Assembly: GCA_965209055.1 (NCBI GenBank)
Contig: OZ242374.1
Coordinates: 3,712,001-3,776,000 of the forward strand
Length of the DNA: 64,000 bases
Direction of reading: 5' to 3'
Source of the DNA: Acidobacteriota bacterium
Lineage (GTDB): Bacteria > Acidobacteriota > UBA6911 > RPQK01 > JAJDTT01
Each line of letters begins with the position of its first letter. Position 1 is the first letter of the stretch. A model generated the notes under the pieces. That model was given only the letters and a program-made list of their open reading frames with translations, made no database searches and was not told the DNA's origin. The position numbers and the translations under genes are program-made. Of this stretch, positions 19,138 to 27,965 are shown one piece after another.

Positions 19138-19938
19138 ATGAGACTCAAGGACAAGGTGGCGCTGGTGACGGGGTCTTCCGGGGGACTGGGCACGGGCATC
19201 TGCCGGGCCTTCGCCGCGGAGGGCGCCGACTGCGTCGTGAACTATCACAGCGATCGGGCGGGGGGGCAGGAGACGGCCGACCTGGTGGAGAGCCTCGGCC
19301 GGAAGAGCCTGCTGGTCCAGGCCGACATCTCCCGGGAGGACCAGGTGCAGGACATGGTGGACGCGGCGCTGGAGCGCTTCGGCCGCCTGGATATCGTGGT
19401 AGCCAATGCCGGCTATGGCTTGGCCAAGCCGCTGCTGGAAACCCGGGTGGAGGAGTTCGAGAAGCTGGTGCGGACCAACCTCATCGGGACCTACCTGACC
19501 GTCCGCATCGGCGCGCAGGCCATGAAGTCGCAGGGAGGCGGCAAGATCATCACCATGTCGTCCATCCACGGACTGGGCGGGACCCACTACTGTTCCCTTT
19601 ACGAAGCCACCAAGGCGGGCATCCTCAACTTCACGCGCGGCGCCGCCTTCGATCTGGGTGACTTCGGCATCCAGATCAACTGCATCGCCCCGGGGGCCGT
19701 TCCCGTGCCCAAAGACCCGCCTCCGGACAAGGACGGTCCGCTGTATGCCGCCTGGATGCAGTACACGCCCCTCTCCCGTTTCGGAACGCCGGCGGACGTT
19801 GCGGCCGCGGCGGTCTTTCTGGCCTCGAGTGACAGCGACTGGATCACAGGGCAGGTGATCCAGGTGGACGGCGGCATTTCAGCCGGACACCTCATCCCCT
19901 CCTTCAAGTATTACGGCGCCAAGCCTCGCATGGACTGA
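19138..19938 (+). CDS. SDR-family oxidoreductase (FabG/glucose dehydrogenase-like)
   Basis: TGSSGGLG, ANAG, YEATK, ITGQVIQVDGG. Confidence 0.92.
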   Translation: MRLKDKVALVTGSSGGLGTGICRAFAAEGADCVVNYHSDRAGGQETADLVESLGRKSLLVQADISREDQVQDMVDAALERFGRLDIVVANAGYGLAKPLLETRVEEFEKLVRTNLIGTYLTVRIGAQAMKSQGGGKIITMSSIHGLGGTHYCSLYEATKAGILNFTRGAAFDLGDFGIQINCIAPGAVPVPKDPPPDKDGPLYAAWMQYTPLSRFGTPADVAAAAVFLASSDSDWITGQVIQVDGGISAGHLIPSFKYYGAKPRMD

Positions 19939-19971
19939 CCCGTTACGACTGGCGGCGCGCCGTGACGTTGC

Positions 19972-20084
19972 GGAGCGCGGTCGGCGCCTGAAAGACGCCG
20001 CTCCAATCGGCGGCAGGGATGCCGCCGCCCCTGCAGCGCGTAAAACACGGCGATCCAATCGGCGGCAGGGATGCCGCCGCTCCG
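19972..20084. repeat. REP cluster (three palindromes) between convergent genes
   Basis: CCAATCGGCGGCAGGGATGCCGCCGC x2 plus CGGCGCCTGAAAGACGCCGCTCC. Confidence 0.8.
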
Positions 20085-20086
20085 CG

Positions 20087-21223
20087 TTACGACTGGCGGC
20101 TTGCCACTACCTTGCGGACCAGCTCATCTCCCGCCACGCCGGCCAGGATGACCCCCCCGATGATGGCGAACTCCAGTTGAGTGGGAATGCCCAGGAGGTT
20201 GATGGCGTTGTAGAGGACCCGCATGACCGCGGCCCCCAGCACCACGCCCAGGATCGAACCCTCGCCTCCCCGGAGGCTGCATCCCCCCAGGACCGCCGCC
20301 GCGATGGCGTAGAGCTCGTAGAAGTTGCCGTGCCCCGACGGCTGAATGGAGTTGATGTCCAGGGCGAAGAGAATGCCTCCGATTCCCGCCATGAGGGAGC
20401 AGATCACATAGGCCAGGATCACCATGCGGTCGGTGTCGATCCCGCTGTAGCGGGCGGCCTCCCGGTTCCGGCCCAGGGCCAGGAGATAGCGGCCGTAGAT
20501 GGTGTGATTCAGGAAGAGTCCAGCCAGCAACGCCAGCGCGATCATGATCAGGAAGGGAGCCGGGATCAGGATCCGGGAGAGGGGTTGGATGTCTCCGAAC
20601 CGGACCGCGGCGCCGGCCAGAACCAGCAGGGCGCCCGCCGCCGGACCCAGCCAGAGTGACTTCGCCGCCGGGGGATCGCCCTCGGTGCGCTTCCGGATTC
20701 TTCGCACCAGGGTCCAGATCAGAACGGCCGCTCCCGCCGCGGCGGCCAGAACCGCCAGCGTGACGGGTTTGCCGGTGGCCAACAGCTTGAGTTCCTGGAA
20801 TCCGGTCCCGAATCCCTGAGTCTGGTCCGCCGTCAGGTAGCGCGCGTATCCGCGGTACAGAAGCAGGCCGCAGAGGGTGACCACGAAGGGTTGGAGCCGC
20901 AGCCGGGTGACCAGGAGTCCGTGAGCCAGGCCGACCAGAAGGCTGACGGCGAGAACCGCCCCCAGGGCCCCGGCGGCTCCCAAGCCGTGGTTGACGAGAA
21001 GCATTGGGAGCAGGCACCCCACCAGCCCCACCAGGGAGCCGATGGACAGGTCGATTCCGCCCGTGATGATGACGAAGGCCACGCCGATGCTCAGGATCCC
21101 GAACAGCGAGGTCCAACGGATGATGTTCTGCAGGTTGTAAGGCGTCAGGAAGTCGGGGTTCATCAGTGCGCTGAAGGTGCACACCGCCAGCAACAGAAGC
21201 AGGATGCCCCGCGATTTGTTCAT
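20087..21223 (-). CDS. Sugar ABC transporter permease (RbsC-like)
   Basis: GGIDLSIGS, PFVVTL, GRNREAARYSGI, YELYAIAAAVLGGCSL.GG.G. Confidence 0.93.
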   Translation of the reverse strand: MNKSRGILLLLLAVCTFSALMNPDFLTPYNLQNIIRWTSLFGILSIGVAFVIITGGIDLSIGSLVGLVGCLLPMLLVNHGLGAAGALGAVLAVSLLVGLAHGLLVTRLRLQPFVVTLCGLLLYRGYARYLTADQTQGFGTGFQELKLLATGKPVTLAVLAAAAGAAVLIWTLVRRIRKRTEGDPPAAKSLWLGPAAGALLVLAGAAVRFGDIQPLSRILIPAPFLIMIALALLAGLFLNHTIYGRYLLALGRNREAARYSGIDTDRMVILAYVICSLMAGIGGILFALDINSIQPSGHGNFYELYAIAAAVLGGCSLRGGEGSILGVVLGAAVMRVLYNAINLLGIPTQLEFAIIGGVILAGVAGDELVRKVVASRQS

Positions 21224-22722
21224 GCCGCTTCCTCCGCGGAGGTGGCCAGGCGGGCAACCGCTTCTTCCGTGAGCTCTTCCCGAGACAGCTCTCCGCTGAT
21301 CCGCCCTTCATGCATCACCAGGACCCGCCGCGAGAGTCTCAGGATCTCTTCCATCTCGCTGCTGGCGAAAAGGATGGCGGTCCCTTCCTCGGAGAGCGCT
21401 TCGAGCAGGTGATAGATCTCCTGCTTGGAGCCGACGTCGATCCCGCGGGTGGGCTCGTCCAGAAGCAGCACCTTCGGTTTCAGTGAGAGCCACTTGGCCA
21501 GGACCACCTTCTGCTGGTTTCCGCCCGAGAGGTGCTCGGTGGCGGCTTCGGCGCCGGGCGTGCGGATGCCGAGCCTGGCGATCATCGCGGCCGTCTGGCG
21601 CCTGTGAAGACGCCGGTTGATGAAGCCGCCCCGGAGCCGATGGTATCTCAGGGAGGCCAGCGAGACGTTCTCCTCCACACCCATTCGCAGGATCAGGCCT
21701 TGTTGCTTCCGGTCCTCGGGGACCAGGGCGATGCCGTTTTTGATCCCCTCGATGGGGTTGGAGATCCGGGCAGCGGCCCCGTCGATCCGAACGCTGCCGC
21801 CCAATGCCGGCTCGGTACCGAAGAGGGCGCCCAGCAGCGCGCTGCGGCCCGATCCCAATAGTCCGGCCAAGCCGACGATCTCCCCGGCTCCCACCTCCAG
21901 GTCGAGACGGTGCCCGGGATAGTCCCTGGTCCGCAGGTCCCGAACCTCCATGCGGACCGGCCCCTGCCGGCCGGGGATCCGCCCATAGAAGCTGGAGATG
22001 TCCCGGCCGACCATGAGCCGCACCATGCGGTCGTGATCGATCTCGTCTCTGGCCAGCTCGCCGGCGTTGGCGCCGTCGCGCAGCACCAGAACCCGGTCGG
22101 CCAGCTCCTTTACCTCGCCCAGCCGGTGAGAGATGTAGATCACCGCCACCCCTTCGGCACGAAGCTCCCGAACGGTTCGGAACAGGTTCCGGGTCTCGCC
22201 CTGGGAGAGGCTCGACGTCGGTTCGTCCATGATGAGGACCCGGGAGCGCGCCGCCAGCGCCCGGGCGATCTCCACCAGTTGGCGCTGGCCCATGGAGAGC
22301 CGCGCGACCTTGGTGGACGGTGAGCAGTCGAGCCCGATCCGTTCCAGAATCGGTCTCGCCGCCCGCGCCAGCCGGCGATGGTTGAGGATCCCGAAGCGAT
22401 GGGGTTCGCGGCCCAGGAAGATGTTGGCCGTCACGTCCAGATTGTCCGAGAGGTTCAGTTCCTGGTGGATAAGGATCACGCCCAGGCCGGTGGCGGTCTG
22501 GACCGACTCCATCCGGACGGAAGATTCATCCATGAAGATCCGTCCCGAGTCCGGGGATTCCTCGCCCGCCAGGATCTTGACCAGCGTGCTCTTGCCGGCT
22601 CCGTTCTCGCCCACCAGGGCCAGGATCTCTCCGGCGTGGACCTGGAGGTCCGCACGGTCCAGGGCCAGTGCGCCCGGAAATCGTTTGCTGATCTTCCGGG
22701 CTTCGAGGACCGGTGCCGCCAT
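21220..22722 (-). CDS. Sugar ABC transporter ATP-binding protein (RbsA-like)
   Basis: GENGAGKST, two ABC domains, LSGGNQQKV, DEPTRGIDVG. Confidence 0.95.
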   Translation of the reverse strand: MAAPVLEARKISKRFPGALALDRADLQVHAGEILALVGENGAGKSTLVKILAGEESPDSGRIFMDESSVRMESVQTATGLGVILIHQELNLSDNLDVTANIFLGREPHRFGILNHRRLARAARPILERIGLDCSPSTKVARLSMGQRQLVEIARALAARSRVLIMDEPTSSLSQGETRNLFRTVRELRAEGVAVIYISHRLGEVKELADRVLVLRDGANAGELARDEIDHDRMVRLMVGRDISSFYGRIPGRQGPVRMEVRDLRTRDYPGHRLDLEVGAGEIVGLAGLLGSGRSALLGALFGTEPALGGSVRIDGAAARISNPIEGIKNGIALVPEDRKQQGLILRMGVEENVSLASLRYHRLRGGFINRRLHRRQTAAMIARLGIRTPGAEAATEHLSGGNQQKVVLAKWLSLKPKVLLLDEPTRGIDVGSKQEIYHLLEALSEEGTAILFASSEMEEILRLSRRVLVMHEGRISGELSREELTEEAVARLATSAEEAA

Positions 22723-22760
22723 GGAATTGTTTCGCCGCGGGGCGGGGAATTGTGCCGGAA

Positions 22761-23777
22761 TCAGGGCGTAGCGCCCTTTGCCTCCGCCATCTTGCGGTTC
22801 AGATCGTCCCAGAACTCCCGGACGTTGTCCGCACGGATTGTCTGGGCCGGGATATCCAGAAACCCATTCTCGGGAAGGACGCTGCGGTCTCCCCGGGCCA
22901 GGCCCGCCAGGATCCGCACCGATTCGTAGCCGTACTGGTACGGCTGCTGGACCACGGTGCCGTAGACCCGGCCGTCCAGGATGCCCTGCAAGGTGGCGTC
23001 GGCCTCGTCGAAGCCCACCAGGTGGATTCCGTCCACCCCGGCCTGCTGCAGAGCCACCAGGCAGGCGGGCGGGTTGTAGGCGAAGAGTCCCACCATGCAG
23101 CCCAGATCGGGATAGCGGGCGATGGCGTCCTCGCAGTTGGCCTTGGCCTTGGCCTGGTCGAACTGGTCGGTACGGGTGTCCAAAATGGTGTAGCGCTCCC
23201 CTTTCAGAAGCTCATTCGGGGGATCGACGGCGCCCATGGTCTCTCCCGGACGGTCCAGCAACTCGTCGATGACCCCCTGCCTTCTCTGGGAGGCGTTGAG
23301 CTGTTCCAACCGGCCGACGAAAAGCATCACCGAGCCTCCCTCGGGCATGGCTTCCTTGACCAGCTTCCCCACTAGGCGGCCCGCCCGGTAGTTGTCCATC
23401 CCCACGTAGCAGAGCCGCCGGGTTCGCGGCGCGTCCGAGTCGTGGGTGATGACGGTGGTGTGGTCGCACGCTTCGTTGACCAGGTCCTCCTGGTTGTCCG
23501 GATCGATGGGGCTGATGGCCATGCCGTCGATGCCCCGGGCCAGCAGGTCCTCCACGATCCGTTTCTGGTCCAGAACCCCTTCCACCGGCATCCGCACGTC
23601 CACATCCACGTCCAGGTCCCGGCCCGCCTTGAGCGCGCCGGCTTCGGCGATGGTCCAGAAGGAGGCGACCCCGTTGGTCACGTAAGCGAGTCTGGGCTTC
23701 TGAGAGCCCGGCTCCGAGCCACTGCAACCGGCCGCCGGGAGGAGGCAGAGTATGGCGAGCAGTATCTGGTGGCGCAT
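22761..23777 (-). CDS. Sugar ABC transporter substrate-binding lipoprotein
   Basis: Lipobox AAGC, FWTIAEAG, DSDAP, GMDNY, VGFD, QQPYQYG. Confidence 0.92.
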   Translation of the reverse strand: MRHQILLAILCLLPAAGCSGSEPGSQKPRLAYVTNGVASFWTIAEAGALKAGRDLDVDVDVRMPVEGVLDQKRIVEDLLARGIDGMAISPIDPDNQEDLVNEACDHTTVITHDSDAPRTRRLCYVGMDNYRAGRLVGKLVKEAMPEGGSVMLFVGRLEQLNASQRRQGVIDELLDRPGETMGAVDPPNELLKGERYTILDTRTDQFDQAKAKANCEDAIARYPDLGCMVGLFAYNPPACLVALQQAGVDGIHLVGFDEADATLQGILDGRVYGTVVQQPYQYGYESVRILAGLARGDRSVLPENGFLDIPAQTIRADNVREFWDDLNRKMAEAKGATP

Positions 23778-23812
23778 CGGCGATTTCCCCGTTCGGGTGC
23801 GTGCCGGGCACT

Positions 23813-24988
23813 CTACTTGGAGTCGCCGGTCGAGGTCAATTGCGGCTCGACCCACGTGCCTCCGTTCCGTGCGGACCGGGCGGCGGCGTGGACGACGGCC
23901 AACGTCCGGAGCCCCTCCTCCCCGGCCGGATACCAGGTTGCGGCCGGGTGCGGGGCCCGTCCTTCGTCCCGGGCGCGAATCGTCTCTGCAAGATTCGAGT
24001 AGATGTTGGCGATGGCTCCTGGGAATCCCTCGGCGTGGCCGACGGTGATGCGCGACGCCAGCCGGGCCTCTCCGCTGAGCCGGACATCCCCTCGTTCCCG
24101 CGTCCGGGTCGGCTTCCCCAAGGGGGGCCAGTAGAGCTGGTTCGGATGCTCCTGGACCCAATGCAGCCCGCCAAGCTCCCCGAAGACACGGAGGTTCAGG
24201 CCGTGCTGCTGCCCGACCGCCACGGCACTCGTCCAGAGGCGGCCAGTGGCGCCGCCTGCGAATCGCAGCGCCAACAGGGCATCGTCCTCAAGCTCCCGGC
24301 TCTCGAAAACGGAGACGAAATCCGCGGAGACGCGAGTCACCTGTTGTCCGATGACGAAGCACGCCATGTGGAGCGCGTGCAGTCCGGCGTCGGCGAGCAC
24401 CGAACTCACGCCGGTCTGCTCCGGATCGTAGCGCCAGCGGACCCCGGGGTTGTCCGCGTCTGCGGCATCCGCATGCGACCCGTGGGAGAACTCCGCCACC
24501 ACGATCCGGATCCTTCCCAGCTTGCCGTCGCGAACCATGGACCGCGCCTGGCGTACCATGGGGTAGCCGCTGTAGCCGTAGTTCACTGCCAGGATCCGGT
24601 CGGCGTCGCGGGCGGTCCGGACTAGGTTCTCGCCCTCCGCCAGAGTCACGGTCAGCGGCTTTTCGCAGAGGACGTGGAAACCCGCCTCCAGAAACGCCTT
24701 GGAGATCTCATGGTGAGTGGAGTTCGGCGTGGCGACCGTCACCAAGTCGAGCCTGCCGTAGGTCGGGAGCCTCTTCTCCCGCCCAAGCATCTCGCGCCAG
24801 TCGCCGTAGGCGCGGTCCTCGGGGACCCCCAATCGGACCGCGAATTCACGGGCCCGGACGGGGTTGATGTCCAGAGCGCCAGCGACCAGTTCGAAGTGCC
24901 CGTCGAGCCTCGCGCCGATACGGTGGGCGCTCCCGATCTGGCGGGTCTCACCACCTCCCACCAGTCCCCAGTTGAGCTGGAGCGGCAT
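23813..24988 (-). CDS. Gfo/Idh/MocA-family oxidoreductase
   Basis: WGLVGGG..QIG.AHR, ATPNSTH, VLCEKP, NYGYSGYPM, GHAEG. Confidence 0.92.
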   Translation of the reverse strand: MPLQLNWGLVGGGETRQIGSAHRIGARLDGHFELVAGALDINPVRAREFAVRLGVPEDRAYGDWREMLGREKRLPTYGRLDLVTVATPNSTHHEISKAFLEAGFHVLCEKPLTVTLAEGENLVRTARDADRILAVNYGYSGYPMVRQARSMVRDGKLGRIRIVVAEFSHGSHADAADADNPGVRWRYDPEQTGVSSVLADAGLHALHMACFVIGQQVTRVSADFVSVFESRELEDDALLALRFAGGATGRLWTSAVAVGQQHGLNLRVFGELGGLHWVQEHPNQLYWPPLGKPTRTRERGDVRLSGEARLASRITVGHAEGFPGAIANIYSNLAETIRARDEGRAPHPAATWYPAGEEGLRTLAVVHAAARSARNGGTWVEPQLTSTGDSK

Positions 24989-25097
24989 CGCCGCGATCCT
25001 CCATTTTCGACACCCGGACCCGAGAACTGCCAGCGGATACCAAGCAGGTCTCCAGTTGGAAAACGATCATCACCGCGCCCAGCCGGACTGTCAATTT
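24852..25097 (+). repeat. ~246-bp imperfect direct repeat, copy 1
   Basis: Colinear with 27620-27865; covers the 5' end and upstream region of the Gfo/Idh/MocA gene. Confidence 0.9.
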
Positions 25098-25923
25098 TCT
25101 CTTCCGAGCGCAACATCGGTGCACCCTGGGAGGGGGACGTTCTTGGCCCTCTCTTCAACACCGATCTGTCCCCTCTTCAAAACGCCATGCATGGAGAACT
25201 TCGGATCGAAAAAAGCTGCACGTGTATCGTATAGGAAATGAGATCCGGATCGACTCGAACCAATGTCCCGTACATTTGGCCCCGTACATTACGTACAGGG
25301 CAGGTGGCCGGTAAGTTGGTGTACTTGGATCTCAACCAATGGATTGAACTAGCCAAAGCCCACTCTGGCCATCCAGACGGTAAAAAGAACACGGAGGTTC
25401 TCGATGCTTGCACCAGAGCGGTGGCAACTGGGGAAGCAATCTGTCCACTATCGTTCACGACCTTTCTGGAAATTTCCAAGATCCGATCTTACCGGCAGCG
25501 CCGAAGTCTAGGTCAAGTCATTGAAGCAATCTCACGCTATTTCGTAGTGACATCACTAAATGTGATTTGGACCCATGAAGTGGAAGCGGCACTTGATTCA
25601 ATCGTCGGTCCCAATCCTACGCCTATCCCATGGAATGATTATCTCGATTGGGGAATTTTTCGGGCAATGGGGATCAATGGTTCCGTGAGAATTTTGACGA
25701 AGGATAACAAAGATGTTACTTCTCAGTTTCGTCGATCCTATCCTGAAGGTACGGAAGCCTTTGATGAATACGTTGCTAAAGCACTCCTTAAGCTGAACAG
25801 GGAAATCATTGAGGGACCGGCGCCAAGTAAGAGAAATGAATTTCGCAAGCTTGGGTGGGACCCACACCGGACGTTCAAGGCCGTTGAACAGGCTGCGTTA
25901 GAGGAAGCTGCACAGGTTGCTAG

Positions 25924-27114
25924 GGAAGGTCTGAATAAGTCCTCATACGGGGCGAAACAGACCTTGTATCTCTGCCTTTTTCGGATCCAGGCGTTGTAAC
26001 GTGGGATTTGCAACCCTGAATTGGTCTTGACCAAGCGATTGCGAGACGGTTTCCCCAGCCTCAAACACAGCCGTGCCGCATTCCGATCAGGCGGTCACAC
26101 CGGAGCGCTCGGCGATCATCAGATTGGCGAATCCCACCAGCAGATAGATCCGTTGGGTGTTTTTCGCCAGCCCGCGGTAGCGCACCTTGGCGTAGCCGAA
26201 ATGCCGTTTCAGGTACCCGAACACATGTTCGGCCTTCGCCCGAACCGATGCCTTGCGCCGCTCGGCCAACGCCGCCTCACTCTCCGGCGACAGCTGCCAA
26301 CGCTTCCCGGGCTTCATCATCACCTGCCAATCCATCGGCCGATCTCGATTCTCCGACCGCTTCTGCACTCCCTGGTATCCGGAATCCCCCCAAACTTGCG
26401 ACTCCGAGCCGTGCAGCAATTCGGAGGCCCGCGTCACGTCATGCTCGTTGGCCGGAGCCGTCACCACCGTGTGCGCCACCCCCGTCTGGGCGTCCACCCC
26501 CAAGTGGGCCTTCATTCCGAAATACCACTGTTTTCCCTTTTTCGTCTGGTGCATCTCCGGATCCCGCGCCCGATCCTTGTTTTTCGTCGAGGAAGGCGCC
26601 GCCAGGATACTCGCGTCCACGATCGTCCCACGGCTCAGCCGCAGGCCTTGCCGCTGCAGGTGAGAACCGATCTCCTCGAACAGCGCCTCCCCCAGACCAT
26701 GCTCCTCCAGCCGATGACGGAACTTCAGAATCGTCGTCTCGTCCGGCAGCGGCCCCGTGAGCTTCAGGCCCACGAACCGCCGCACCGATTCCACCTCATA
26801 GAGCAGATCTTCCATCCCCGGATCGCTCAGGTTGTAAAACAGCTGCACGCAGTGAACCCGCAGCATCGTCGAGAGCGGGTAGGGACGCCGGCCCCGTCCC
26901 GCTTTCGGGTAAAACGGCTCAATCCGGGCTTCCAAATGCTCCCACGGAATCAACCCGTCCATGCGGGCCAGAAACTTCTCTCGACGGGTCACCCGCTTCT
27001 TGGTGTCGTATTCCAGATCTGCGAACGTCCGTTGCGACATCGTCTTTCCCCCCAACGCAGTGATGATGAAAGAATTATCGTGCAGAACGCTGACTCGACT
27101 TAATCAGACCTTCC
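25924..27114 (-). mobile_element. IS5-family insertion sequence, 1191 bp
   Basis: TIRs GGAAGGTCTGAATAAGTC / GACTTAATCAGACCTTCC (17/18 match); CTAG duplicated at 25920-25923 and 27115-27118. Confidence 0.95.
26087..27040 (-). CDS. IS5-family DDE transposase
   Basis: TRREKFL, PDETTILKFRH, IVDAS, RDPEMHQTKKGKQWYFGMKAH, GDSGY, YAKVRYRGL.KN. Confidence 0.96.
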   Translation of the reverse strand: MSQRTFADLEYDTKKRVTRREKFLARMDGLIPWEHLEARIEPFYPKAGRGRRPYPLSTMLRVHCVQLFYNLSDPGMEDLLYEVESVRRFVGLKLTGPLPDETTILKFRHRLEEHGLGEALFEEIGSHLQRQGLRLSRGTIVDASILAAPSSTKNKDRARDPEMHQTKKGKQWYFGMKAHLGVDAQTGVAHTVVTAPANEHDVTRASELLHGSESQVWGDSGYQGVQKRSENRDRPMDWQVMMKPGKRWQLSPESEAALAERRKASVRAKAEHVFGYLKRHFGYAKVRYRGLAKNTQRIYLLVGFANLMIAERSGVTA

Positions 27115-27619
27115 CTAGATTCAACCAATATCCAAGATGGCGACGTGGAAGAATCCGTGACGTGATTGCTGCCCGGGAGATAGCACACGAGATCAACGTT
27201 ATCCTTGCAAAGGCATTACACGATCGTGGCATGTCCTTGAAGGATTTGGCGCCCGATATTGAGGGTCACCGCGAGATGTTCGACGCGATGCCAAGCTTCG
27301 ATGTCTGGGTGACAATGAAAGCAGAATATCACCGTGATCCGAGTCACCAGTGGACGCGCAATGATATATGCGACATTCAGGCGATGGCGGCGACAGTGCC
27401 TTACTGTGACGTAGTTGTAACTGATAAGGAGATCGCATCGCACGCGACTCGATCTGGACTGGACCACCGATTGAATACGGTTGTGTTGAGCAATCTGGCA
27501 GACTTGCTTGAGCATTTGTGATGGTACGGGTTTCCTCAAGGCGTCAATGCATTCATCCGTCTGCGTTTCCACCATATTAAGTGCGACCCGAAAGGAGACT
27601 CGTGGCGCCCACTGACAAA

Positions 27620-27865
27620 GCCCGGCTCAGGTCGATGTTCAGAGCGCCGGCGACAAATTGGACGTGTCCGTCGAGCCTCGCGCCGATGCGGTGGGCGCTC
27701 CCGATCTGGCTCGTCTCGCCACCTCCCACCAGTCCCCAGTTGAGCTTGAGCGGCATCGCCGCGATCCTCCATTTTCGACACCTGGACCCGCAAACTGCCA
27801 GCGGGTACGAAGCAGGTCTCCAGTTGGAAATCGATCATCACCGCGCCCGGCCGGACTGTCAATTT
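27620..27865 (+). repeat. ~246-bp imperfect direct repeat, copy 2 (truncated Gfo/Idh/MocA 5' fragment on -)
   Basis: Encodes MPLKLNWGLVGGGETSQIGSAHRIGARLDGH... from ATG 27756, diverging after ~45 codons. Confidence 0.9.
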
Positions 27866-27965
27866 CCCCTCGTCCTCTCTTCTCTATTTCCTGTTTTTCT
27901 CTTTTCTCTTTTCCTTCCGCTGTGCTGTACTGACCCACAAGCAAGACGGAAGAGGAGGTTTTGCC

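Larger units (their letters stand above)
25238..27521 (+). pseudogene. PIN-like domain protein interrupted by IS5-family element
   Basis: Removing the IS and one CTAG joins ...AQVAR|FNQYPRW... in frame (362 aa). Motifs VYLDLNQW and NDICD...PYCDVVVTD; AT-richer than its flanks. Confidence 0.8.
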
